This document shows, one piece after another, positions 6,882-15,069 of a stretch of DNA of 24,000 bases. Source of the DNA: Gammaproteobacteria bacterium RIFCSPHIGHO2_12_FULL_36_30 (GTDB taxonomy: Bacteria; Pseudomonadota; Gammaproteobacteria; Coxiellales; Coxiellaceae); NCBI GenBank assembly GCA_001801815.1, contig MGXU01000002.1, positions 4,267-28,266 on the forward strand. The letters are read 5' to 3'. Below the pieces are notes generated by a model that was not told the origin of the DNA, searched no databases, and saw nothing but the letters and a program-made list of their open reading frames with translations. The position numbers were made by a program, and so were the translations under genes. How positions within the stretch are numbered: the first letter of the stretch is position 1; each line of letters begins with the position of its first letter.

Positions 6882-8273
6882 CTAGCCTTTTTTAATTTCT
6901 TGCAAAACATCAAACATCAATGTTGGTAACTGCAATAATTTTTCCGTATTTTCGCGTAACAAAGTTAATTTTCGTTTTCGCATCCAACGCACCATCAGTG
7001 GTTTTGCAGTCGCCCACAAATCCAAATCGGGATATAATTTTCTGCCTAAACTTTCAATATAAAATAATGTTTTTTGCAGCAAAATTAATTGCGGTTGCAC
7101 TGTCATATTAAAACGCTCAGCCGTTTGAAATAATTTTAATAATACCGTTCCGAAAGAAATTTCTGATAATGGTTTTTCAAAAATAGGTTCGCACACTGTG
7201 CGAATGGCAGATTCAAATTCATCCACCCGCGTATTGTTTGCAACCCAACCTGATTCAATATGTAGTTGCGCAATTTCTCTATAATCACGTGATAAAAATG
7301 CTAATATATTTTGCGCTAAATAATTTTGATCGACAGGCGAGAGCGTTCCCATAATTCCAAAATCAATTCCCAAGTAACGCGGATTTTCTGGATCGGTAAT
7401 ATCAACAAATAAATTACCCGGATGCATGTCTGCATGAAAAAATGCATCGCGAAACACTTGCGTAAAAAATATTTCAACACCGTATTGAGATAATTTTTTT
7501 AAATCAACATTATTTTTTCTCAATGTTTTAATATCAGAAATTTGCACGCCATAAATTCGCTCCATCGTCATTACGCGATCGCGTGTATAATCCCAATAAA
7601 TTTTTGGCACATACATCATGTCGGAATTTGCAAAATTACGTCGCAATTGTGATGCATTTGCAGCTTCACGCATTAAATCTAATTCATCCCAAATTGTTTT
7701 TTCAAATTCTGTCACTACCGCTTTTGCGCGCAGACGTTTTCCGTGCTTCCAAAATGTTTGAATTAAACTCGCCGCTAATTTTAAAACAGAAATATCATGA
7801 CGAATTATTTTTTCAATTTTGGGGCGAATAATTTTTACAACAACATCTTCGCCTGTTTTTAAAGTTGCTGAGTGCACTTGTGCGATTGATGCAGACGCCA
7901 AAGGTTTTTTATCAAATGTTTTATAAATCGCATGAATATTTTTCTTAAAAGCCAGCTCGATTTTTTGAACCGCTAATTCACTTGAAAAAGGCGGCACACG
8001 ATCCTGCAATTTTTCTAATTCAACAATAATATCTTCTGGAATTAAATCTGCGCGCGTTGATAATAACTGCCCAAATTTCACATAAATTGGTCCTAATTTT
8101 TCAAACGCAATTCGAATGGATTCGCCGCGTGATCTGTTTTTATTTGCGAAACTTAATGGATTTAAATAGCTTAATTTACGCAATATACGAGATTTTCTTC
8201 CGATGACGCGACGATTTACAGTATGACGCATCATGATAGAAAAAATTTGCAATAATCGAAATAATGATTTCAT
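6882..8273 (-). CDS. ubiB: Ubiquinone biosynthesis protein kinase-like UbiB (ABC1/ADCK family), lacking the usual C-terminal transmembrane region
   Basis: The protein is 463 aa. ABC1 motifs are present: [51 protein letters not shown] and IDFGIMG. The ATG overlaps the ubiJ stop (ATGA, 8270-8273). The translation ends at ...[16 protein letters not shown]. coli UbiB, as I recall its sequence, continues for roughly 85-90 more residues that include two TM helices. Confidence 0.88.
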   Translation of the reverse strand: MKSLFRLLQIFSIMMRHTVNRRVIGRKSRILRKLSYLNPLSFANKNRSRGESIRIAFEKLGPIYVKFGQLLSTRADLIPEDIIVELEKLQDRVPPFSSELAVQKIELAFKKNIHAIYKTFDKKPLASASIAQVHSATLKTGEDVVVKIIRPKIEKIIRHDISVLKLAASLIQTFWKHGKRLRAKAVVTEFEKTIWDELDLMREAANASQLRRNFANSDMMYVPKIYWDYTRDRVMTMERIYGVQISDIKTLRKNNVDLKKLSQYGVEIFFTQVFRDAFFHADMHPGNLFVDITDPENPRYLGIDFGIMGTLSPVDQNYLAQNILAFLSRDYREIAQLHIESGWVANNTRVDEFESAIRTVCEPIFEKPLSEISFGTVLLKLFQTAERFNMTVQPQLILLQKTLFYIESLGRKLYPDLDLWATAKPLMVRWMRKRKLTLLRENTEKLLQLPTLMFDVLQEIKKG

Positions 8274-8854
8274 TTTAATCGCGCTTCAAGTCTTTCTACA
8301 CCATCTCTCAACTTCGCCACATCCCCATAAAATTTTTCTGCCTGCTTATGCGATACAAAATCTTTCGCTTCATAATGAATATATTCTTTAGTTTGTTTTC
8401 GGATATTTTTTGCGGATTTTTTTATACAATTTTTTGTTTCTTTTAAATGAAACATAATTTTATGCGCAATGGAATCACCCAAAAAATGCGATAACTTTTC
8501 TTCAAAATCAATATCAATATTTTTAAATGCATCACGCAACACTTCAACATTGTGTGTATTGCCTTCAATCTCGATCGGATAATGAAATAATGTTTTACTA
8601 TCCGCACCTTTAATAAAAATATGTAAAAAATTATTTAATGTTCCACGAACAACGGTATCTGTTTTCCCAGAATATTTTTTATGAAATTGTAATCCTTGAG
8701 AATCAACAATCATATAAAATTTTATATTCCAATCTTCACAATGCATTTCAATTACCTGATTTTTAATTGTTGCGATTTTTGCAAGCGCATCTGGATCTGC
8801 TTTTAATGCCCGATTAATAATGTTTTCCATCGCAGGTAAAAATAAAGTTAACAT
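8270..8854 (-). CDS. ubiJ: Ubiquinone biosynthesis accessory factor UbiJ (SCP2 lipid-binding domain, YigP-like)
   Basis: The protein is about 194 aa and sits between ubiE and ubiB, as in the conserved ubiE-ubiJ-ubiB operon. It has an SCP2-like N-terminal part ([41 protein letters not shown]...[10 protein letters not shown]) and a C-terminal helical part. The start is either the ATG at 8854, sharing one nt with the ubiE TGA, or the GTG at 8857. Confidence 0.75.
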   Translation of the reverse strand: MLTLFLPAMENIINRALKADPDALAKIATIKNQVIEMHCEDWNIKFYMIVDSQGLQFHKKYSGKTDTVVRGTLNNFLHIFIKGADSKTLFHYPIEIEGNTHNVEVLRDAFKNIDIDFEEKLSHFLGDSIAHKIMFHLKETKNCIKKSAKNIRKQTKEYIHYEAKDFVSHKQAEKFYGDVAKLRDGVERLEARLK

Positions 8855-9612
8855 CACAATTTAAACCCTCGATGTATCGCCACAATCCCGCCCGACAAAT
8901 TATGCACATCACACTTTTCAAAACCCGCATTTTCCATCATGTTTTTCAGTGTATTCTGATCAGGGTGCATGCGAATTGATTCGGCGAGATAACGATAACT
9001 ATCCGCATCATTTAATATTTTTTCCCCCAACCACGGTAAAATTTTAAATGAATATGCATCATAAATTGGTTTTAATCCCGGCACAGTGGGTTTTGAAAAT
9101 TCTAAAATCAATGCGCGACCACCTGGTTTTAAGACACGAAACATTGATCGTAGCGCCGCATCTTTATCAGTGACATTACGTAAACCAAATCCAATAATCA
9201 CGCGATCAAATGTATTATCTGCAAATGGAATTTTTTCTGCATCGAGTTGCGCATAAGAAATATTGTCAAATAATCCTTTATCAATCATGCGATCACGACC
9301 AATCGATAACATGCTGCTATTAATATCAGATAAAATAACGCGTCCTGTTTTACCTATTTTTTCAGCTATTTTTGCAGTTAAATCGCCGGTGCCGCCTGCA
9401 ATATCCAAAATAAATTGTCCTGAATGTACGCTCAACAAATCAATCGCTAATTTTTTCCATAAACGATGAATACCAAGCGACATCAAATCATTCATAACAT
9501 CATATTTTTGCGCAACTGAATGAAAAACGCCGGCAACGCGTTTTGCTTTCTCTTGTACATCCACTTCAGTAAAACCGAAATGTGTTTTATCAGAATTTTC
9601 AGGTATTTTCAT
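8854..9612 (-). CDS. ubiE: Demethylmenaquinone/ubiquinone C-methyltransferase UbiE
   Basis: The translation is near-colinear with E. coli UbiE from memory. Matching segments include [31 protein letters not shown], the SAM motif [53 protein letters not shown] and the ending HRGFKL. The ORF track starts at 9696. The ATG at 9612 ([14 protein letters not shown]) gives the canonical length of about 252 aa and leaves room for a divergent promoter. The start choice is uncertain, and the ATG at 9624 is also possible. Confidence 0.9.
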   Translation of the reverse strand: MKIPENSDKTHFGFTEVDVQEKAKRVAGVFHSVAQKYDVMNDLMSLGIHRLWKKLAIDLLSVHSGQFILDIAGGTGDLTAKIAEKIGKTGRVILSDINSSMLSIGRDRMIDKGLFDNISYAQLDAEKIPFADNTFDRVIIGFGLRNVTDKDAALRSMFRVLKPGGRALILEFSKPTVPGLKPIYDAYSFKILPWLGEKILNDADSYRYLAESIRMHPDQNTLKNMMENAGFEKCDVHNLSGGIVAIHRGFKL

Positions 9613-9713
9613 GCGCCTAATCATACCACTTTGCGCATGTGCCGCTACAAAAAAATTGATATTAGCGGTATGATCGATTATCGTAGTTAAAACCATAACA
9701 TAAGGATGTGTTT

Positions 9714-10160
9714 ATGCTTCTTCAAAAAAAATCATTATTGTTCATCACAATTATTTTTCTTTTTTCCGCTATTTTTACACTATCATATGCAACACCAGCA
9801 CGAGTAATTAATTTGCCGAAACCCAATCTTCCGTTTAGTGATGGTATTCTTGTTGGAAATACATTGTATGTTGCAGGTCAAAATGGAATGGGTGCAAATG
9901 AAAAAATGGTGTCGGGTGGAATTGCACCACAAACGAAAATGGCATTATCTAAAATTCAAAAAGTCGTACATGAAGCTGGTTTTCGCATGAAAGATGTTGT
10001 GTCGACAACTGTTTATCTTTCCAATATGAACGATTATCAAAAAATGAATACAATTTATCGGCGGTATTTTCGCAATCCAACACCAACACGCGTCACCGTT
10101 CAAGTTGCGCGCCTTGCATTAAATGCAAATATTGAAATTTCAGCGATTGCGGTGAAGTGA
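9714..10160 (+). CDS. RidA/YjgF/L-PSP family protein with N-terminal Sec signal peptide
   Basis: The ATG at 9714 lies 8 nt after AAGGA (9702-9706). The track's GTG at 9708 is less likely. The N-terminus is MLLQKKSLLFITIIFLFSAIFTLSYA-TPA. Rid-family motifs follow: DGILVGNTLYVAGQ, GIAPQTKMALSKIQKVVHEAG, DVVSTTVYLSNMNDYQKMNTIYRRYF and PTRVTVQVARLALNANIEI. Confidence 0.75.
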   Translation: MLLQKKSLLFITIIFLFSAIFTLSYATPARVINLPKPNLPFSDGILVGNTLYVAGQNGMGANEKMVSGGIAPQTKMALSKIQKVVHEAGFRMKDVVSTTVYLSNMNDYQKMNTIYRRYFRNPTPTRVTVQVARLALNANIEISAIAVK

Positions 10161-10238
10161 TTTTATAACTTTATATTAAGAAAATAACGCGTATGTTTTA
10201 ATTCACCCGTGCTGAATAACGCACCCATTTCATTATTT

Positions 10239-10294
10239 CTATAGCCCAAATTTTGGTATTTTATGAGCTATAGAATCAAGCGCTATAGCCCAAA
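10239..10294. repeat. Three copies of a GCTATAGC-type palindrome, the outer two within 12-nt direct repeats CTATAGCCCAAA
   Basis: CTATAGCCCAAA occurs at 10239-10250 and again at 10283-10294. GCTATAG lies at 10267-10273, between the two copies. The full 8-mer palindrome GCTATAGC is at 10282-10289. The site is in the convergent intergenic region between the RidA-like gene and hslU. Confidence 0.6.
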
Positions 10295-10302
10295 AATCAA
10301 AC

Positions 10303-11676
10303 CTACAAAATCGACCTACTTAAATCTTCATCCTGCGCCAAATCATTTAGTTGCGCATCAACATATTTTGCATCAATAGAAAATGATTCACCGCTTTTAT
10401 CTGTCGCGTCAAATGAAATAACATCCAGTAATTTTTCAAGTACAGTATGTAAACGTCGTGCGCCAATATTTTCTGCTTTGTCATTTACGAGTGTTGCAAT
10501 TTCTGCGATACGACGAATTCCATCTTCAGAAAATTTTAAACCGAAACCTTCTGTGTGCATCAATGCAATATATTGTTCCGTAAGTGATGCTTTTGGTTCA
10601 GTTAAAATACGAATAAATTCCGGTGTTTTTAATGGTTTTAATTCAACACGAATCGGAAAACGGCCTTGCAATTCAGGAACTAAATCAGATGGTTTTGTTA
10701 AATGAAATGCACCTGATGCAATAAATAAAATGTGATCGGTTTTCACGATGCCGTATTTTGTTGTGACCGCACATCCTTCAACAAGTGGCAATAAATCACG
10801 TTGCACACCTTCGCGTGATACATCAGCACCATGTTCAGAGCGTTTGCAAATTTTGTCAATTTCATCGAGAAAGACAATGCCATTTTGCTCAACACTTTCC
10901 AATGCTTTTGCGCGGATTTCTTCTTCGTTAATTAATTTTGATGCTTCATCATCTTGCATTAATTTCAGCGCTTTTTTTACTTTTAAACGACGTGATTTGC
11001 TGCGTTTATTACCTAAATTTTCCATCATGCTTTGTAATTGCCCCGTCATTTCTTCCATGCCAGGTGGCGCCATGATTTCAATAGTAGAAACCCCCATGGT
11101 TAAATCAATTTCTATTTCTTTATCATCTAATTCACCTGATTCAACTTTCTTGCGAAATAATTGTCGTGTTGCATTATCTGCTTTTTCTTCCGTGACATTT
11201 TCTTGCGGGGGTTGTGGTTGATTTGCAAATTGTCCGCGCGGTTTTGGAATTAAAACATCCAATATGCGTTCAATGGCAGCTTCACGTGCCGCGGTTTCAA
11301 CTTTAATTTTCGCTTTTTCACGCGCTTTTTTGACTGCAATATCAATTAAATCACGAATAATAGAATCAACATCGCGACCAACATAACCCACCTCAGTAAA
11401 TTTTGTTGCCTCAACTTTAATAAACGGCGCATCCGCTAAATGTGCTAATCTTCGCGCAATTTCTGTTTTACCAACACCAGTTGGTCCAATCATTAAAATA
11501 TTTTTCGGCGTAATTTCTTGACGCAAACTTTCTGGAGTTTGCATGCGACGCCAACGATTACGCAATGCAATTGCAACTGCGCGTTTCGCTTCATTTTGTC
11601 CGATAATAAATTTATCGAGTTCAGAAACAATTTGTTTTGGTGTTAATGCTGAATTTAATGTTTGTACTTCTTGCAT
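10303..11676 (-). CDS. hslU: ATP-dependent protease ATPase subunit HslU
   Basis: The protein is 457 aa. Matching segments include [34 protein letters not shown], Walker [39 protein letters not shown], Walker [11 protein letters not shown] and the C-terminal ...DEDLSRSIL. Confidence 0.95.
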   Translation of the reverse strand: MQEVQTLNSALTPKQIVSELDKFIIGQNEAKRAVAIALRNRWRRMQTPESLRQEITPKNILMIGPTGVGKTEIARRLAHLADAPFIKVEATKFTEVGYVGRDVDSIIRDLIDIAVKKAREKAKIKVETAAREAAIERILDVLIPKPRGQFANQPQPPQENVTEEKADNATRQLFRKKVESGELDDKEIEIDLTMGVSTIEIMAPPGMEEMTGQLQSMMENLGNKRSKSRRLKVKKALKLMQDDEASKLINEEEIRAKALESVEQNGIVFLDEIDKICKRSEHGADVSREGVQRDLLPLVEGCAVTTKYGIVKTDHILFIASGAFHLTKPSDLVPELQGRFPIRVELKPLKTPEFIRILTEPKASLTEQYIALMHTEGFGLKFSEDGIRRIAEIATLVNDKAENIGARRLHTVLEKLLDVISFDATDKSGESFSIDAKYVDAQLNDLAQDEDLSRSIL

Positions 11677-11686
11677 ATTATTCTCT

Positions 11687-12229
11687 TTATTCGCAGTCTA
11701 ATTCTTCAATTGTAAAATGTGTGTTTGTATAAACGCACACGCTCGCAGCGATTGTTAAACTTTTTGTGACAATATCTTTTGCAGATAATTCTGTATTTTC
11801 TTGTAGCGCAATTGCAGCGGATTGTGCAAAGTGTCCGCCAGAACCAATTGCCATAATGCCGCGTTCAGGTTCGATTACATCACCGTTTCCAGTTAAAATT
11901 AGCGAACATTTTTTATCGGCAACTGCGAGTAATGCTTCTAATCGACGCAACATTTTATCTGTGCGCCAATCTTTTGCGAGCTCAACTGCAGCGCGCATTA
12001 AATTTCCTTGATGTTTTTCAAGTTTGCCTTCGAAGCGTTCGAATAAAGTAAATGCATCGGCAGTTCCGCCTGCAAAACCAGCGATAACCTGATTGTTATA
12101 TAAACGACGGACTTTTTTGGCATTACCTTTCATGATGGTATTGCCCATCGACACCTGTCCATCTCCGCCGATAACTACTTTGCCATTTCGGCGAATTGAT
12201 AAGATCGTTGTACCGCGATATTGATCCAC
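11687..12229 (-). CDS. hslV: ATP-dependent protease peptidase subunit HslV
   Basis: The protein is 180 aa. It has a GTG start preceded by AGGGGA. The catalytic Thr context is [40 protein letters not shown], preceded by a short 6-residue N-terminal extension (MDQYRG). [17 protein letters not shown] is also present. Confidence 0.93.
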   Translation of the reverse strand: MDQYRGTTILSIRRNGKVVIGGDGQVSMGNTIMKGNAKKVRRLYNNQVIAGFAGGTADAFTLFERFEGKLEKHQGNLMRAAVELAKDWRTDKMLRRLEALLAVADKKCSLILTGNGDVIEPERGIMAIGSGGHFAQSAAIALQENTELSAKDIVTKSLTIAASVCVYTNTHFTIEELDCE

Positions 12230-12259
12230 GTTTTTCCCCTATTTTTATGCATTCTTTTA

Positions 12260-12288
12260 TACATGGGGTTTCATGAGGTAAATTTCAA
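12260..12288 (-). promoter_or_regulatory. Sigma-32 (heat-shock) type promoter of hslVU
   Basis: On the minus strand the sequence reads TTGAAA (12288-12283), a 14-nt spacer, then CCCCATGTA (12268-12260). This closely matches the E. coli sigma-32 consensus CTTGAAA-N13-15-CCCCATnTA. It lies 30 nt upstream of the hslV start. Confidence 0.7.
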
Positions 12289-12294
12289 TAGGCT

Positions 12295-12675
12295 TTATTT
12301 TGAAGGTTCGGGGATGGTAACTCGCATTGCAGGTAATATTCTATAAAAATCATATTTAGGTTGTGTGGTAACGGGATTGATTGCAACTGTTTTTTCTTTC
12401 TTAACAGCAACTTTTTCTGGTATTGTTTTTTTAATATCGCGTTTTTCAGCATATTTTTCAGGTTTTTTATGCTCGACAACTTTTGCGTGATGTGCAACCG
12501 TTTTGACATGCGCTGTTATTTTATCTTTCATCGTGAAAAATGTTTCATGTGTAAAATGATACGTAACGTAACACGCAAATAACACAGAACATAAAATCAA
12601 AACAACTAATATCCATGCGCCATCCGATTCTTGTCGCACTTTTTTTCGTTGTGATTTTTTTGCGTAATCTCTCAT
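12295..12675 (-). CDS. FtsN-like bitopic cell-division protein lacking a SPOR domain
   Basis: The protein is 126 aa. Its position in argS-X-hslV-hslU matches that of ftsN or the SPOR gene in other gammaproteobacteria. The N-terminus MRDYAKKSQRKK resembles E. coli FtsN MAQRDYVRRSQ. There is a single TM helix, AWILVVLILCSVLFACYVTYHF, then a Lys-rich linker. The motif YDFYRILPAMRV fits the essential-domain pattern aromatic-x-aromatic-x3-L. The ATG lies 3 nt after the argS stop. Confidence 0.6.
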   Translation of the reverse strand: MRDYAKKSQRKKVRQESDGAWILVVLILCSVLFACYVTYHFTHETFFTMKDKITAHVKTVAHHAKVVEHKKPEKYAEKRDIKKTIPEKVAVKKEKTVAINPVTTQPKYDFYRILPAMRVTIPEPSK

Positions 12676-12678
12676 GCA

Positions 12679-14424
12679 TTACATCCTGTCAGGTGCTGAT
12701 ACCCCAAGCAACGTCAATCCATTTTTCAACACAACTTGCGTTGCCGCAATTAAAGATAATCTCGCATCACGCAAATTTGCATCATCAACAATAAACTTAT
12801 GTGAATTATAATAACTGTGAAAATGCTGCGCAAGCGTTTGGAGAAAATGAGCAATGCGATGGGGTGCATATTGTTCGCCAGCAGAAATTAATAATTCTGG
12901 ATAACTTGCAATTGCAGCAATTAATTCTTTTTCTTCTGGCAATGTGAGTAGATTTAATTGTGCTAAACCATTTTGTTTATTCCATGATAATTTTTTTTCT
13001 GTTAATTGTCGCCATACGCTGCAAATTCGTGCATGCGCATATTGAATATAATAAACAGGATTTTCATTCGAATGTGATTTCGCTAATTCCAAATCAAAAT
13101 CTAAATGCTGATCTGGTTTTCGCATCACATAAAAAAATCTCGCGGCATCATTTCCAACTTCATGTCTCAATTCACGCAATGTTACAAATTCACCTGACCG
13201 TGTTGACATTTGTACGCGTTCATCACCGCGATATAATACTGCAAATTGCACAGTCAGGGTTTTTAATTTATTTACATCTTTTTTCAAACCGTTCAAAAAC
13301 GCTTTTAATCTCGGCAAATAACCGTGATGATCTGCACCGAACACATCAATAATTTCATCATAACCTTGATCGTATTTGTAAGTATGATAAGCAACATCCG
13401 ATGCAAAATAAGTCGGCACGCCGTTTGCACGCACTAAAACACGATCTTTTTCATCGCCTAATTCTGTTGCGCGAAACCACAATGCGCCATCTTGCTCGAA
13501 AGTAAAATTTTGTTTTTTTAATACATCAATTCCAGTTTGCAGCCATCCATTTTCATACAATTTACTTTCCAAAAACCATTCATTATAAATTACACCAAAT
13601 TCTTCTAAATCATTTTTGATATCTTTTGTAACCTCATCAACACCAAATTGCCGCACAATTTCAAAATTATTTTTTCCCAATGTTGTAGATAAATTTTCAA
13701 TTAATTGATCGATGTAAATATCTTTATTTTCTTCGTTATCAACAACCGCAGGAAAAATCGCATCAATTTTTTCTTGTGATAATAAAAACTTTTCGCCGTG
13801 AATATCGCGCAATGATTTTGCAACATCAATTACATAATCGCCGCGATATGAATTGCTCGGAATTTTTATTTTCCGAGAAAATAATTCAACATAGCGTAAC
13901 CAAATGCTCGCACCTAAAATTCGCATTTGACGTCCTGCATCATTTACATAATATTCGCGATGCACTTTGTAACCAATTGCATCTAATAAATTTGAAACGC
14001 ATGCGCCGAATGCAGCGCCGCGTCCGTGACCAACGTGTAATGGACCTGTTGGATTTGCAGAAACAAACTCGATATGAATTTTTTTATTTTTTCCAATTTG
14101 TGCCAACCCAAATTTTTCGCCGAGTGAAATTGCTTGTAAAATTGCATCATGCTCACTATTTTCATTGAGAAAAAAATTAATAAATCCTGGTCCTGCAATT
14201 TCAACTTTTTTTATTTTTGGCGATGAAGGTAAATGCGCAATAATTTTTTCTGCTAATTCACGCGGTTTTTGCGCTAATGGCTTTGCGAGCAACATTGCAA
14301 TATTCGTTGCAAAATCCCCATGTTTTGGGTCTTTTGTACGTGTAATTTGAATTTCATCTGGACATTCTGTAATGCCAAGTGCAGAAATAGATTGTTTTAA
14401 TAGGGAAATAAGCGTTTCTTTCAT
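12679..14424 (-). CDS. argS: Arginine--tRNA ligase ArgS
   Basis: The class I HIGH motif is present (SANPTGPLHVGHGRGAAFG). An MSTRSGEF sequence sits at the KMSK-equivalent position. The C-terminal anticodon-binding domain ends ...LTLLGVSAPDRM. The ATG at 14424 (MKETLISLLK) is preferred over the track's TTG at 14436. Confidence 0.93.
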   Translation of the reverse strand: MKETLISLLKQSISALGITECPDEIQITRTKDPKHGDFATNIAMLLAKPLAQKPRELAEKIIAHLPSSPKIKKVEIAGPGFINFFLNENSEHDAILQAISLGEKFGLAQIGKNKKIHIEFVSANPTGPLHVGHGRGAAFGACVSNLLDAIGYKVHREYYVNDAGRQMRILGASIWLRYVELFSRKIKIPSNSYRGDYVIDVAKSLRDIHGEKFLLSQEKIDAIFPAVVDNEENKDIYIDQLIENLSTTLGKNNFEIVRQFGVDEVTKDIKNDLEEFGVIYNEWFLESKLYENGWLQTGIDVLKKQNFTFEQDGALWFRATELGDEKDRVLVRANGVPTYFASDVAYHTYKYDQGYDEIIDVFGADHHGYLPRLKAFLNGLKKDVNKLKTLTVQFAVLYRGDERVQMSTRSGEFVTLRELRHEVGNDAARFFYVMRKPDQHLDFDLELAKSHSNENPVYYIQYAHARICSVWRQLTEKKLSWNKQNGLAQLNLLTLPEEKELIAAIASYPELLISAGEQYAPHRIAHFLQTLAQHFHSYYNSHKFIVDDANLRDARLSLIAATQVVLKNGLTLLGVSAPDRM

Positions 14425-14503
14425 TTTAAATCTCAATCGTCAAATACGATCTGTTATTTTACACAGAAAAAAATACTTGGCTATATTAATTCACGTTCTC
14501 ACT

Positions 14504-15067
14504 TCAAGAGCGTAAGACTTCACCTGTCAGTGCATCACGAATTTCAGTTGGGCGCATTCGTCCGCCAAGTGAACCTTCGATGACACAATCAACTGTATCA
14601 CTCAGTGTTAATTGAATATTGCGAATATCGCGCGCGGGCGGATCACCACTTTTATTACAGCTGGTTGAAATAATGGGTCCACCGAATTGCTCACATAATT
14701 TTTTTGCAATCGGATGCGCAGTAACACGCACCGCAATTGAATCTCGATTGCCAGTAATCCAAAACGGTGCTTGTTTACTTGCTGGAAATAACCAAGTAAT
14801 TGGACCTGGCCACGTATCAAAAACGCGCGTTAATAAATCCGGTTTTAAATACATAACGAGCGGTTGAATTTGTTCCCAACTAGATCCAATTAAAATAAAA
14901 CCTTTGTCGAGTGCGCGATGTTTAATTTGTAAAATACGAGAAACAGCATCAATATTATTTGGATCGCAACCCAAACCAAAAACAGCTTCAGTTGGATATG
15001 CAATTACTTTGCCTTGTTTTAAGTACTTTACTGCAAGGTCTGTTTGGTCTGGTTTTAAAATTTCCAT
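14504..15067 (-). CDS. tsaC: L-threonylcarbamoyladenylate synthase TsaC (YrdC/RimN family)
   Basis: The protein is 187 aa. YrdC motifs are present: [40 protein letters not shown] and [12 protein letters not shown]. The start lies 2 nt after the topA stop. Confidence 0.88.
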   Translation of the reverse strand: MEILKPDQTDLAVKYLKQGKVIAYPTEAVFGLGCDPNNIDAVSRILQIKHRALDKGFILIGSSWEQIQPLVMYLKPDLLTRVFDTWPGPITWLFPASKQAPFWITGNRDSIAVRVTAHPIAKKLCEQFGGPIISTSCNKSGDPPARDIRNIQLTLSDTVDCVIEGSLGGRMRPTEIRDALTGEVLRS

Positions 15068-15069
15068 AT

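Noticed and set aside
6879-6893. The AGGCTAGCCT palindrome followed by T6, just after tRNA-Arg, considered as a possible tRNA terminator.
   Set aside because: The palindrome has no loop. At most it forms a 3-bp stem with a 4-nt loop, which is too weak to call. It also lies within the last codons of ubiB on the other strand, which explains the sequence.
9613-9696. N-terminal extensions offered by the ORF track: ubiE 9613-9696, the RidA-like gene 9708-9713, argS 14425-14436, fmt 19072-19098 and gmhB 19997-20047.
   Set aside because: The extensions start at non-ATG or unsupported codons, add residues absent from the well-known homologues, and overlap neighbouring genes or leave no promoter space. 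Internal ATGs with better SD context give canonical lengths.
10748-11221. A 157-aa ORF on the plus strand inside hslU. Comparable shadow ORFs lie inside argS (12960..13352, 13776..14168, 14165..14350), topA (15878..16069, 17037..17366), dprA (18038..18502), ubiB (6920..7111, 7583..7831), vapC (6435..6752) and the guaC-like gene (20972..21336, 21485..21695).
   Set aside because: Each is antisense to a gene with an unambiguous conserved translation. They are Ser/Phe/Cys-rich and lack SD sequences, as is typical of long antisense ORFs in AT-rich genomes.
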